A DNA stretch of 64,000 bases from Alphaproteobacteria bacterium (lineage in GTDB: Bacteria; Pseudomonadota; Alphaproteobacteria; SP197): positions 3,744,001 to 3,808,000 of the forward strand of contig OZ245842.1 in assembly GCA_965228895.1 (NCBI GenBank), written 5' to 3'. Each line of letters starts with the position of its first letter. Position 1 is the first letter of the stretch. Under the pieces are notes generated by a model that saw nothing but the letters and a program-made list of their open reading frames with translations, did not search any database and was not told the origin of the DNA. Position numbers and translations under genes: made by a program. Below are positions 28,621 to 37,915 of the stretch, in pieces.

Positions 28621-30369
28621 TTACTCCGGCAGTCCTGCCTTCTGCAACCCATTCAGGCAGTGCTCCAGGCGGCTCCGATCACGATAGGGCAAAAGGCGCT
28701 GCGCGGAGTTCAACGTCATGGCCGGATTGAGGCGGATGAGTTCGGCGGCTTCGGCCCGTGCTTCGGAATTGCGTTCCTGATCGGCGTACGTAACCGCCAG
28801 ATAGAAATGATTGGGCATGAACTGGGGCGATCTGGCGACGCCTCGACGAAATGCCGCAAGCGCTTCGTCCAATCGTTGAGCCTCGAAAAACGCCAGGCCG
28901 TGAACGAAATGATACCAGTGGGGATGATGGGGGTTCAGGCGCATTGCCTTTTCCACGGCCGACAGCGCTTCTACTGGACGGCCTGCCCAACTCAGCGTCA
29001 TCGCGTGAATGGCGTGCGTGTCGGAGTCGTTGGGGTCAAGTGCCAGTGCCCGCTCTCCCGACGCAATCGCCTTGTCGTGTTCCTTCTTCCACAGGTAAAG
29101 ATGCTCAAGAATGGCATGCGCGAACGCCAAGCCACTGTTGATCTCGGTGGCTTTGAGGGCCAATGCCTCGGCGCGATCCAGCGTCTCTTCCGGGTGCTGC
29201 TTCCAGCCCTGGTTCCATTCTTGAACGTAGGTATTGGCCAGGCGCGTGTAGGCTTCGGCGTAGTCGGGATCAAGGGCAAGTGCGCGTTCGCACAGTTCGC
29301 GAACCTTGGCGTTCGCTTCCACCGTAACACGCTGGCTATACTCGATCGCTCGCAGTACGCAATCGTAAGCCTCAATCGATTGCGGTGTCTGTCGCTCGGA
29401 CCGGACTTCGGCGGGTCTTTGGAGCCGGCTTTGCAGCGCTTCGGTTATCTGTTCGGTAACATCGTCTTGAACCGCGAAGATGTCATCCAGCTCTCGATCA
29501 TAACGTTCGGCCCAGACATGGTTGCCGGTCGTCGCCTCGACAAGCTGCGCGGTGACACGCACCCGATTGCCCGCCTTGCGGACGCTGCCCTCGACCAAAT
29601 GGGCGACACCGAGATCGCGGCCGATCTCCTGGACCTTCAGCGATTTGCCTTTGTAGGAGAACGATGAGTTGCGCGCGATGACGAAGAGGTCGCCGATGCG
29701 ACTGAGCTCGGTGATGATGTCTTCGGTGATGCCGTCGGAAAAATACTCCTGCTCGGGATCGCCAGACATGTTGGTGAACGGCAAGACGGCGATGGAGGGT
29801 TTGTCCGGCAGCGGCAGAGCCGCCGGTTTCGCCGGGGCAGAAGCTGCTTCCAAGGGGTCTGCAGAAACCCGATAGACCTGGACTGGTTCAGCGACGTTCT
29901 TCAGGTCATGCTCGCCGAGATCGTCGAACCCGAAGTCCAGTTTGCCCTTTGCGTGCCTGTGGGCATCGCCGGAAAGGTAGACACCACCTGGCTCGGCCAA
30001 ACTCTCGATGCGCGCGGCGATGTTGACACCGTCACCGTAGATATCGTCACCCTCGACGATCACATCTCCCAGATTGACGCCGATGCGGAACGTCAGGCGC
30101 CTCCCCTCATCCACAGCCGCCTGATGCGACGCCACGCAGTCCTGCCAAGCCTGCGCACAGGCAAGGGCGTCGACCACACTGGCAAACTCGACCAGCAGGC
30201 CATCACCAATGAGCTTGAAGATGCGGCCATGATGTTCGGCAATGAGCGGCTCCAGGTTCTGTTGCCGCAGCTCGGTCAGGCGTTGGAGCGTACCCGCCTC
30301 ATCAGCCCCCATAAGGCGGGTAAAGCCGACCACGTCGGCAGCAAGTATGGCGGATAGCCGACGTTCCAT
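28621..30369 (-). CDS. Class III adenylate cyclase with TolB-like and TPR domains
   Basis: ERRLSAILAADVVGFTRLM, FKLIGDG, DDIYGDGVNIAARIE, KPSIAVLPFTNMSGDPEQEYFSDGITEDII, TPRs (ALALDP, AMRLNP). Confidence 0.93.
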   Translation of the reverse strand: MERRLSAILAADVVGFTRLMGADEAGTLQRLTELRQQNLEPLIAEHHGRIFKLIGDGLLVEFASVVDALACAQAWQDCVASHQAAVDEGRRLTFRIGVNLGDVIVEGDDIYGDGVNIAARIESLAEPGGVYLSGDAHRHAKGKLDFGFDDLGEHDLKNVAEPVQVYRVSADPLEAASAPAKPAALPLPDKPSIAVLPFTNMSGDPEQEYFSDGITEDIITELSRIGDLFVIARNSSFSYKGKSLKVQEIGRDLGVAHLVEGSVRKAGNRVRVTAQLVEATTGNHVWAERYDRELDDIFAVQDDVTEQITEALQSRLQRPAEVRSERQTPQSIEAYDCVLRAIEYSQRVTVEANAKVRELCERALALDPDYAEAYTRLANTYVQEWNQGWKQHPEETLDRAEALALKATEINSGLAFAHAILEHLYLWKKEHDKAIASGERALALDPNDSDTHAIHAMTLSWAGRPVEALSAVEKAMRLNPHHPHWYHFVHGLAFFEAQRLDEALAAFRRGVARSPQFMPNHFYLAVTYADQERNSEARAEAAELIRLNPAMTLNSAQRLLPYRDRSRLEHCLNGLQKAGLPE

Positions 30370-30503
30370 GCCCGATCTCCCTCGGCCAGAAGACTATCGG
30401 AGGCGGATCTGCGAATCCATTGCACGGATCGAGCGCAAGTATGATTGGTCCTGGCGGTCGACCGCGGGGAGGCGTGTCTGCTTTCCAAAAAATCCCCTGT
30501 TTC

Positions 30504-30530
30504 TGTCACATCCGTTGCTCCTGTCTCGTC
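30504..30530 (+). promoter_or_regulatory. ECF41-type promoter
   Basis: TGTCACA-N16-CGTC, matching the ECF41 consensus, 22 nt upstream of the operon containing the ECF41 sigma factor. Confidence 0.85.
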
Positions 30531-30552
30531 TTGGAGGCGAGAGGAGAACGTC

Positions 30553-30942
30553 ATGATGCTCAAACGCGTGATTCTGGGGGCGAACGGCCTGTTCGCCGTT
30601 GTGAACGGCGCCTTCATGATGGCCGCGAGCGAGGCCTGGTTCGCCACGATCGCTGCCTATACGGGCCCGTTCAATCACCATCTGGTTCAGGACGTCGGCG
30701 CCGCCTTTGTCGTCGCCGGCCTTTCGCTGTTGGCCTGTCTGTGGCGGCCTTGGCTGTGGCCCGCGGCGATGGCCGGCGTTGGGTTCCTGTTGAGCCACGG
30801 TCTCATTCATCTGGCGGACATTCTTACCGGGCATGTCCATCACCCGTTGAGCGACATCTTCATTCTCACCATCCCGGCGTTGCTCTCGCTTTGGGCGGCT
30901 TGGCCGGCGAACGCACAGCCAAAGGAAAAACGTTATGTTTAG
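30553..30942 (+). CDS. Small four-helix membrane protein
   Basis: Hydrophobic segments, GPFNHHLVQDVG motif; RBS GAGGAG; overlaps next gene. Confidence 0.75.
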   Translation: MMLKRVILGANGLFAVVNGAFMMAASEAWFATIAAYTGPFNHHLVQDVGAAFVVAGLSLLACLWRPWLWPAAMAGVGFLLSHGLIHLADILTGHVHHPLSDIFILTIPALLSLWAAWPANAQPKEKRYV

Positions 30943-31480
30943 GAAACTCGCCAGACATATGGTTCTGAAGTTTGGAGAACGCTACGACTATGATGTCGCT
31001 TACATGCTGCACATGCTGGAGACGACACCGGACGTGATGAACGCGTTCAACGCGCGGTCGAAACTCGACAGCTGCAAGAAGTGGACGACCGCGAACGCGC
31101 GTATGGCGGCAAAACTTGTCGGCGCGCTGAACGAGGATTGCGGCCCGTGCATCCAACTGGCGGTCGACATGGCGCGTGAAACCGGCGTGGCCTCGGGTGA
31201 GATCGAAGCGGTCCTGACCGGCGATCGGTCCGCCATGTCGTCCGATACGGCGCTCGGCTATCGCTTTGCCTCGGCCATCATCGCGCGCTCAAACGAGGAA
31301 GACGCGGCGCGAGAAGCGGTACGCAGCGTCTATGGCGATGCCGGCGTCATCGAGTTGACCCTGGCGACCCAGGTCGCAAGGTTGTTTCCCATGGTCAAGA
31401 CCGGGCTCGGCTACGGCAAAAGCTGCGGCCGGATCGATCTCGGCGAGCGGGCGGTCACGCCCGCCAAAGAGGCGGCATGA
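30935..31480 (+). CDS. Carboxymuconolactone decarboxylase/AhpD-like protein
   Basis: EDCGPC (CxxC) motif, YGDAGVIELTLA; typical ECF41 neighbour. Confidence 0.72.
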   Translation: MFRKLARHMVLKFGERYDYDVAYMLHMLETTPDVMNAFNARSKLDSCKKWTTANARMAAKLVGALNEDCGPCIQLAVDMARETGVASGEIEAVLTGDRSAMSSDTALGYRFASAIIARSNEEDAAREAVRSVYGDAGVIELTLATQVARLFPMVKTGLGYGKSCGRIDLGERAVTPAKEAA

Positions 31481-32364
31481 GCACCGATCAAACCGCTCTG
31501 GAAGCGGCGTTCGAGGTCCAACGCGGGCGGTTGCTCGGGCTTGCCTACCGCATGCTCGGCAGCCGCGCCGATGCCGAAGACATCGTGCAGGAGACGTGGC
31601 TTCGGGTTTCGTCGTCGACGACACAGGTGAAAAACGCGGAAGCCTTTCTGGTGACGGTGGCGACGCGGCTCTGCCTCGACCAGTTGAAATCCGCGCGGGC
31701 GCGGCGCGAAAACTACGTGGGCCCCTGGCTGCCGGAGCCCGTGTTGTCGACGGAGGAGTTTTCACCGGCGGCCGCGACGGAGCTGGCAGACGATCTGTCG
31801 TTTGCCCTTCTTCTGACGCTCGAAACGCTCACGCCGCCCGAACGCGCGGCGTTCCTGTTGCATGATGTGTTCGATCTGCCGTTCGCCGACATCGCCGAGA
31901 CGCTCGGCAAGAGCGAGGCGGCCTGCCGGCAGCTTGCCACGAGGGCGCGCAAAGCCGTCAAACACCGGCGCCCTTCTCAGCCCGCGCCGCCTGAAGCGCA
32001 TCGGAATCTCACGTCGCGCTTTTTCGCGACGCTTGAGAACGGCGACATCGATGGGCTCAAGGACCTGCTTCAGGAAGAGGTCGTGTTGTATTCGGACGGC
32101 GGCGGCGTCAAGACGGCCGCGCTCAATCCCATCTACGGCGCCGACAAGGTCGCGCGGTTCTTCCTCGGCATCGCGCACAAAGCGAGCGAGCAAGGCGCCT
32201 CGATCCGGATTTCCGACGCCGTCATCAACGGCCGGCCCGGCACGCTCGTCTTCGTCGACGACGAACTGGATCTGACCTTCAGCATCAATGTCGACGACAA
32301 CCGGATTTCGACGATCTACATGGTCCGTAACCCCGAGAAGCTGGACCATCTCGACCCGCACTGA
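31477..32364 (+). CDS. sigJ: ECF41 (SigJ-like) sigma factor with SnoaL-like C-terminal extension
   Basis: LAYRMLGSRADAEDIVQE, YVGPWLPEP, DGGG, RNPEKL motifs; ATGA overlap. Confidence 0.93.
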   Translation: MSTDQTALEAAFEVQRGRLLGLAYRMLGSRADAEDIVQETWLRVSSSTTQVKNAEAFLVTVATRLCLDQLKSARARRENYVGPWLPEPVLSTEEFSPAAATELADDLSFALLLTLETLTPPERAAFLLHDVFDLPFADIAETLGKSEAACRQLATRARKAVKHRRPSQPAPPEAHRNLTSRFFATLENGDIDGLKDLLQEEVVLYSDGGGVKTAALNPIYGADKVARFFLGIAHKASEQGASIRISDAVINGRPGTLVFVDDELDLTFSINVDDNRISTIYMVRNPEKLDHLDPH

Positions 32365-32517
32365 GCGTGCAGGCGAAGACGTGCGCATGCTGGCTTCACG
32401 AACAACCCGTGTTCACGGCGACAAAAAACAAAAGCACGCCAAATCAAAGACTTAGTGGGCGGTAATCTAGGAAGCTGACTTGATTGTCTCCCCCCGGTGT
32501 CGCACAGATCGCCCCGC

Positions 32518-33771
32518 CTAGCTGGGCGCCCGTCTGCCGAGATAGCGTCCCAGCAACAACAGCCCAAACACGATGCTCACGGAGGACCAAAAGACCTGCT
32601 GTCGGCTGAAGCCCGTGACGATGTGTTGGCTGACCGCGCTTTCGTAGGTCAGGTCTGTCTCGACCTCTGCCCTGACTTCGGCCTCGACCGCGGCGGGCCA
32701 AGGGTAGCTGGAGGTGCGGAGCAGTTCGCCGAAATAGTCTTCGAGAATGCGGTTCTCCCAATAGGCGATGGCGAACCAGCGCCGCCGCTGGTCGTCTTCC
32801 TCGGCCAACCCTGCCCATTTCAGATAGCTGTCGCGCCGGTAGAGGTGGACCCGCGCTTCATGCAGGAAGGGGGCCGTCACCGGCGTATAGATGTCGAGAA
32901 ACGCGAAATACGCGTCCCGCCCCCGATAGCGGTCGAGGATGCGAGCGCCCTCCTCGGCACGCTCCCGGTCCAAACGGCGTAGCTCATCTGCCGTGAAGCG
33001 CGAACGGAACAGTCCGGTCGCGGCATTGCCGTGCAAAAACCCATACTCCGCCATGATGCTGCGGTTGTGGTCGATGACATCAAGCAGGGGAATCGTCGAC
33101 GTGTACCAGGCGACGCGATCGGGCGTGTTTTGATAACACAGCCCCAGGTAGGCAACGGCCACGGCGCCCAGGTAGCACAACCGCCGAAGCCCCTTGCCAT
33201 CGGGCCAACCGGAAATCGTCTTCGGCCGGATTGCCGTCGCCACGGCGATCTGGACCAGGGCGACGGCGGTGAAGTTCAACCAGATGTCCTCAAAACCGAA
33301 GTACCGGCCGGGTGTCAGCCACTGAACGGTCTCATCGATCATGCCCACGATGGTCCCCGTAATGGCGACGGCGGCATAGATGCTGTAGTCGCCTATCCGG
33401 TGGGCAAAGGCGCGGAAGAGAAGCAGGGAAAGAACGCCGTACTGCAGATAATGAACAGCCTCCTCCGGGCTGCCATCCTTGAGCGCAAACGTCAGGTAGA
33501 CGATGAGCCCGCCGATGCCGATGAGCCAGGCATAGGCCCCAAGCGACGTTCGGCGCCGTTTTAGAAGCAGGCCCACGACAGCCGCCGTGAACAGGATCAC
33601 GATGGCGGCGACGCCATAGGTGATGGCCTCGGGCCCCCAATGGTCGCGTACGTAACGCGACGCGCCACGAACGAAGGGCACGGTCACAAAAATGATCCCC
33701 GACCAGAGCACCACATAGGCCCAGGACATAGACTCGCTGGTTCTTGCCGGCCGTTCGAAAGCTCCGCCCAT
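32518..33771 (-). CDS. VanZ-like membrane protein with large extracytoplasmic C-terminal domain
   Basis: EEAVHYLQYGVL, IDETVQWLTPGRYFGFEDIWLN; several TM helices, a soluble domain, final TM. Start uncertain (33771 or 33729). Confidence 0.7.
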   Translation of the reverse strand: MGGAFERPARTSESMSWAYVVLWSGIIFVTVPFVRGASRYVRDHWGPEAITYGVAAIVILFTAAVVGLLLKRRRTSLGAYAWLIGIGGLIVYLTFALKDGSPEEAVHYLQYGVLSLLLFRAFAHRIGDYSIYAAVAITGTIVGMIDETVQWLTPGRYFGFEDIWLNFTAVALVQIAVATAIRPKTISGWPDGKGLRRLCYLGAVAVAYLGLCYQNTPDRVAWYTSTIPLLDVIDHNRSIMAEYGFLHGNAATGLFRSRFTADELRRLDRERAEEGARILDRYRGRDAYFAFLDIYTPVTAPFLHEARVHLYRRDSYLKWAGLAEEDDQRRRWFAIAYWENRILEDYFGELLRTSSYPWPAAVEAEVRAEVETDLTYESAVSQHIVTGFSRQQVFWSSVSIVFGLLLLGRYLGRRAPS

Positions 33772-33994
33772 CCTCAGGCTTGGTGACCCCGCGGCAGCGC
33801 GGTGTCCAGGTTTCTACCATGCCGTCGCACAGTAGCTGACCGGCATGACAGACGGTATAGTCGGGCACGCCGTGCCCTGGCCGACAGTCTCGGCGGCGCC
33901 AAGGAGTGGCGGCGGGTTGGGGTTTTGTTGGCCTAGCCTCGTGACAGTGAAAGCTCTGATACCAACCAACTCTACGCAAAGGCGCCTAATCCAC

Positions 33995-35998
33995 CTACTT
34001 CAACGCTAAAAGTTCGTCTGTCCCCAAGTGGCAATAGATCACATGACCGGTTTCTGGTTGGCGTCGCGGCGGGAGAATTTCGTCGCACTGGGCGCCAATT
34101 CGCCGCGAGCAACGGCGCTGGAACGGGCATCCCGTCGCCGGTGGCTCTCTATCGATGACATCATCGGCGAGCAATCTCGGTGCCGCATCCGGATCAGGTT
34201 GAAGAATGGCGCCCAACAGGACTTCCGTGTAGGGATGGAACGGCGGTTGGAAGACGGCTTCGGTTGGACCCATTTCGCAAACCCGCCCTTGATAAAGAAC
34301 GGCGATCTGGTCCGATATCGCACGCACCACGGCCAGATCATGGCTGACGAAAACGTATGCCGCACCGCGCATCTCTTGAAGTTGCTTCAACAACAACAAA
34401 GCGGCGGCTTGAACCGAGACATCAAGCGCTGACGTGATTTCGTCGCACAACACCAACTCGGGTTCGGCGGCAAACGCCCGCGCAATCGCGACACGCTGCT
34501 TTTCGCCACCGGAGAGTTGGCCCGGGAACCGATCGAGATAGGTCTTGGGCAAGCGCACGGCGTCGATGAGCTCTTCGCAGCGGGTTTCCAATTCCTGATG
34601 CGACAGCTCGAAGTACAGCCTGAGCGGCGCTTCCAATATCTCACGAATTGACCGTCGTGGATTGAGCGAGCTGTCGGCGTTCTGGAACACCATCTGCAGC
34701 GGCTTAATCGCATCCAGGGTGCGCTCGGCGACACGACCAGGAATCTCCTGACCGTCAATCATGATGCGTCCATGTTTCGGCGCCTTCAGGCCCGACAGCG
34801 CCTTGAGGATCGTCGATTTACCGCTGCCGGACTCACCGACGAGACCCAGAGTTTCCCCCTTGTTCACGCAAAAACTGACTCGTGCCACGGTGTCGGGCGG
34901 GACCTCTTTGCCGAGGAGGTGATCGAGGATACCGCGATGATGGTAACTGATCGCCAGGTCATCGGTCTCGACGGCGACCTCGTCCTTCCGCGTCGAAACG
35001 ACGGGCGTGCCTTCAATCTTCTCCAGATCGTTCGAGCCGGCGTAGAAGCACTTCGCCTGACCGTGCGCAACATCGACCATTGCGGGCACGGTCGAACGGC
35101 ATCGGTCTTGCGCGATCGGGCATCGCTCGACGAAAGCGCAGCTCTCCCGGTCCTGGCCGACAAGTGGAGGGAAACCGTCGAGGGCTGCGGGAATGACCTT
35201 GTCCCCGAGGCGCGGGATCGAGGCAAGCAGCGCGCGTGGATAAGGGTGCGCTGGTGCCGCCAGTAACCCGCGGGCATCGCCTTGTTCGACGAGTTCTCCG
35301 GCGTACATCACGGCGATACGGTCGGCGACCTGGGCAATGACGCCGAGATCGTGGCTGACGTAGACCATCGAGACCCCGGTGTCACTGGCAAGCGAACGAA
35401 GGAACTGGAGAATATGGGCCTGCGTCGTGACGTCCAGCCCAGTCGTCGGCTCATCGAGAAGCAGCGCCTTGGCCCCGGTGCCGAGCGCCATGGCAATCGC
35501 GACACGCTGCTGTTGGCCACCTGAGAGTTCATGTGGATAGCGGCGGGCGATATCCTGAGCGGATGGCAGCCGGACACGATGGAGAATCTCGCCTATCTTT
35601 GACTGACGTTGCCCCGCGTCGAGCCTGGTATGGAGTTTCAATGCCTCGTCGATCTGGTCACCAACTCTCATGGTCGGCGTCAGGGACTGGCCCGCGTCTT
35701 GCGGGATGAGCGCGATGCTGCCACCGCGCAACGATGTCCGCGCTTCCTCGGAGATGGCGAACATGTCGTGGCCATCAAAGACCACGCGACCGGAAAACAG
35801 GCTCAAGCCCGGTTTCAGATAACCCATCATCGCCAGGGCGACCGTCGACTTACCCGAGCCCGACTCACCGACAATGCCGATCGTCTCGCCGGCCGCAACG
35901 CTCAGGCTCAAGTCGCGTAGGATCGGCCGTTCGTGGCCCCCACGGCTCGTGAAACCAAGAGTCAGATTCTTGACTTCGATGAGCGTCGCGCCGGTCAT
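33995..35998 (-). CDS. Dipeptide/oligopeptide-type ABC transporter ATP-binding protein (fused double ATPase)
   Basis: Two [41 protein letters not shown] motifs. Confidence 0.95.
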   Translation of the reverse strand: MTGATLIEVKNLTLGFTSRGGHERPILRDLSLSVAAGETIGIVGESGSGKSTVALAMMGYLKPGLSLFSGRVVFDGHDMFAISEEARTSLRGGSIALIPQDAGQSLTPTMRVGDQIDEALKLHTRLDAGQRQSKIGEILHRVRLPSAQDIARRYPHELSGGQQQRVAIAMALGTGAKALLLDEPTTGLDVTTQAHILQFLRSLASDTGVSMVYVSHDLGVIAQVADRIAVMYAGELVEQGDARGLLAAPAHPYPRALLASIPRLGDKVIPAALDGFPPLVGQDRESCAFVERCPIAQDRCRSTVPAMVDVAHGQAKCFYAGSNDLEKIEGTPVVSTRKDEVAVETDDLAISYHHRGILDHLLGKEVPPDTVARVSFCVNKGETLGLVGESGSGKSTILKALSGLKAPKHGRIMIDGQEIPGRVAERTLDAIKPLQMVFQNADSSLNPRRSIREILEAPLRLYFELSHQELETRCEELIDAVRLPKTYLDRFPGQLSGGEKQRVAIARAFAAEPELVLCDEITSALDVSVQAAALLLLKQLQEMRGAAYVFVSHDLAVVRAISDQIAVLYQGRVCEMGPTEAVFQPPFHPYTEVLLGAILQPDPDAAPRLLADDVIDREPPATGCPFQRRCSRRIGAQCDEILPPRRQPETGHVIYCHLGTDELLALK

Positions 35999-36891
35999 GT
36001 CGGCTTCTCCCGGGCCCGATCCACACCAAGCGCCTTACCGAGGGCATCGGCCGTCAGGTTGATGCCGATGATCAACGTTGAAAGCGCAAAGCATGGCCAC
36101 AGCACCGACCACGGCGCGATCGCCAACAAACTGCGTTCGCTGGCGATCATCAGCCCCCAGTCCGGCGTCGGCGGCGCCGCGCCGAAGCCGAGGAACGACA
36201 GCGACGAGAACGCCAACAACATCCAACTCCACTGCATGGCGCCCTCGACCAACAGAATATCCGCAACGTTCGGAAAGACTTCACGCGTAACAACGGCCCA
36301 TAAGCTCTCGCCGCGCGCCCTGGCCGCGGTAACGAAGTCACGCGCCGAAACCTGGAGCGCGGCGGCCCGGCTGATGCGAATGATGGAGATTCCGTAAAAG
36401 AAACCCAGAATGGGCACGATGATCCACGCGCCACCCCCGATGATCGACACCATGAGCAACAGGAACAGCAACCAGGGGATCGAAAGCATCGCATCGACGA
36501 GCCGCATGGCGATCTCATCGGTGCGGCCGCCAATAACGCCCAACAGGATGCCGACAAGGCCGCCCCACGTAACGGCGATAGCAACAGCGCAAGCGGTGAC
36601 CATCATGGCAAGCTGACCGCCGTAGATAACGCGGGTGTAAACGTCGCGTCCCAGACTATCCGTGCCCATCCAGTGCTCAAGCGACGGTGCCAAATTGATC
36701 GTGTCGGCGTTCGGCGTTGCCGGGTCGTAGCTGGTCAACAGCGGCGCGGCGAGTGCAATGACCACATTGAACAAGGTGAGACCCACGCCGATCGCGCCCG
36801 ACGGCCGCGACACCACGCGGCGCAAGACAGGCCAGAATCCCGAGACGGCCGAACCTGACCGGGGTCGCCCGTTGAGGGGCGCGGTCGTCAC
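35995..36891 (-). CDS. ABC transporter permease (DppC-like)
   Basis: HWMGTDSLGRDV, FVTAARARGES, SLSFLGFG..PPTPDWG; GTG start overlapping upstream stop. Confidence 0.93.
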   Translation of the reverse strand: MTTAPLNGRPRSGSAVSGFWPVLRRVVSRPSGAIGVGLTLFNVVIALAAPLLTSYDPATPNADTINLAPSLEHWMGTDSLGRDVYTRVIYGGQLAMMVTACAVAIAVTWGGLVGILLGVIGGRTDEIAMRLVDAMLSIPWLLFLLLMVSIIGGGAWIIVPILGFFYGISIIRISRAAALQVSARDFVTAARARGESLWAVVTREVFPNVADILLVEGAMQWSWMLLAFSSLSFLGFGAAPPTPDWGLMIASERSLLAIAPWSVLWPCFALSTLIIGINLTADALGKALGVDRAREKPT

Positions 36892-37844
36892 CGTGTTTCC
36901 TTCGCGGTCCGGATCCTGGGGTCGAGGATCACCATCGTGATATCGGCCAAGAGGTTGGCGACGATGTAGATCATCGCGAAGATCAGCGCGATTGCCTGAA
37001 CGAGCGGCAAGTCGCGATCGTAGATCGCCTGCAGCATGAGGTTTCCGACGCCCGGGTAATTGAACACCTGTTCGATGATGACAACGCCACCTAACAGCCA
37101 CGCGATCGTCAGCGCGATGACGTTGACGGCCGGTATCAATGCCGACGGCGCGAGATGTCGCCAGAACAACTGGCGCGGCGGAACGCCCTTGAGCCGCGCC
37201 ATCTGGATAAAGTCGGACGTCATGACTTCGATGACGGAAGCGCGAGTCATGCGCAGAATATGCGCCGTCATGACGAAGGCGAGAACAACCACCGGAAGGA
37301 TGATGTTGGGCAGGAGCTCCATGATCGAGGCGGAAGGCGGCACGATGGTTACCGCCGGGAACCAGTTGAGCGAAATGGCAAAGATAAAGATCAGTACCGA
37401 CGCGGTGACGAACTCAGGGATCGTCATCGCCAGCATAGCGACGGTCGAGACGACGAGGTCTGGCGGTTTATCGCGGCGTATGCCGGCCCAGAAACCGAGC
37501 ACCAGCGCCAGCGGTATGCCGATGGCTGCGGCGGCGCTGGCGAGCAAGACCGTGTTGCGGAAACGCTCGGCCAGCAAGTCGGAAATCGAACGTTGCTTCT
37601 TGAGGGATGTGCCGAGGTCGCCCTCAAAGGCGCCGGATATCCACAAAGCGTAGCGTTCCACAGCAGGTTTGTGCAGGCCCTGTTCTTCCATGCAGCGTTC
37701 AAGACGTTCGCCCTGCGCATAACGCTGGAAAAAAGCCGTACAAACATCTCCGGGCAAGGCTTCGACCGAGACGAAGACCACGCCGGAAACGAAGACAATC
37801 GTAAACACGGCGAATCCAAAACGCCGAAGGATGGTCTTGAGCAT
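36888..37844 (-). CDS. ABC transporter permease (DppB-like)
   Basis: GDLGTS, FIQMARLKG, GGVVIIEQVFNYPGVG, RDLPLVQ, LDPRIR. Confidence 0.95.
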   Translation of the reverse strand: MLKTILRRFGFAVFTIVFVSGVVFVSVEALPGDVCTAFFQRYAQGERLERCMEEQGLHKPAVERYALWISGAFEGDLGTSLKKQRSISDLLAERFRNTVLLASAAAAIGIPLALVLGFWAGIRRDKPPDLVVSTVAMLAMTIPEFVTASVLIFIFAISLNWFPAVTIVPPSASIMELLPNIILPVVVLAFVMTAHILRMTRASVIEVMTSDFIQMARLKGVPPRQLFWRHLAPSALIPAVNVIALTIAWLLGGVVIIEQVFNYPGVGNLMLQAIYDRDLPLVQAIALIFAMIYIVANLLADITMVILDPRIRTAKETR

Positions 37845-37871
37845 GGCCTGACCGGAGCAAGCGCTGCATGC

Positions 37872-37904
37872 GAAGCCGGCCCGTCCCGGGGACGGGCCGG
37901 CTTC
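37872..37904 (-). terminator. Intra-operon stem-loop after SBP gene
   Basis: GAAGCCGGCCCGTCC-CGG-GGACGGGCCGGCTTC perfect 15-bp stem. Confidence 0.6.
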
Positions 37905-37915
37905 AGCCTAGCACC

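Noticed and set aside
21325-30369. Cyclases as an anti-phage (Pycsar/CBASS-like) system
   Set aside because: Architecture is the common rhizobial cyclase-TolB-TPR or hydrolase type, and no adjacent cyclic-nucleotide-binding effector was seen.
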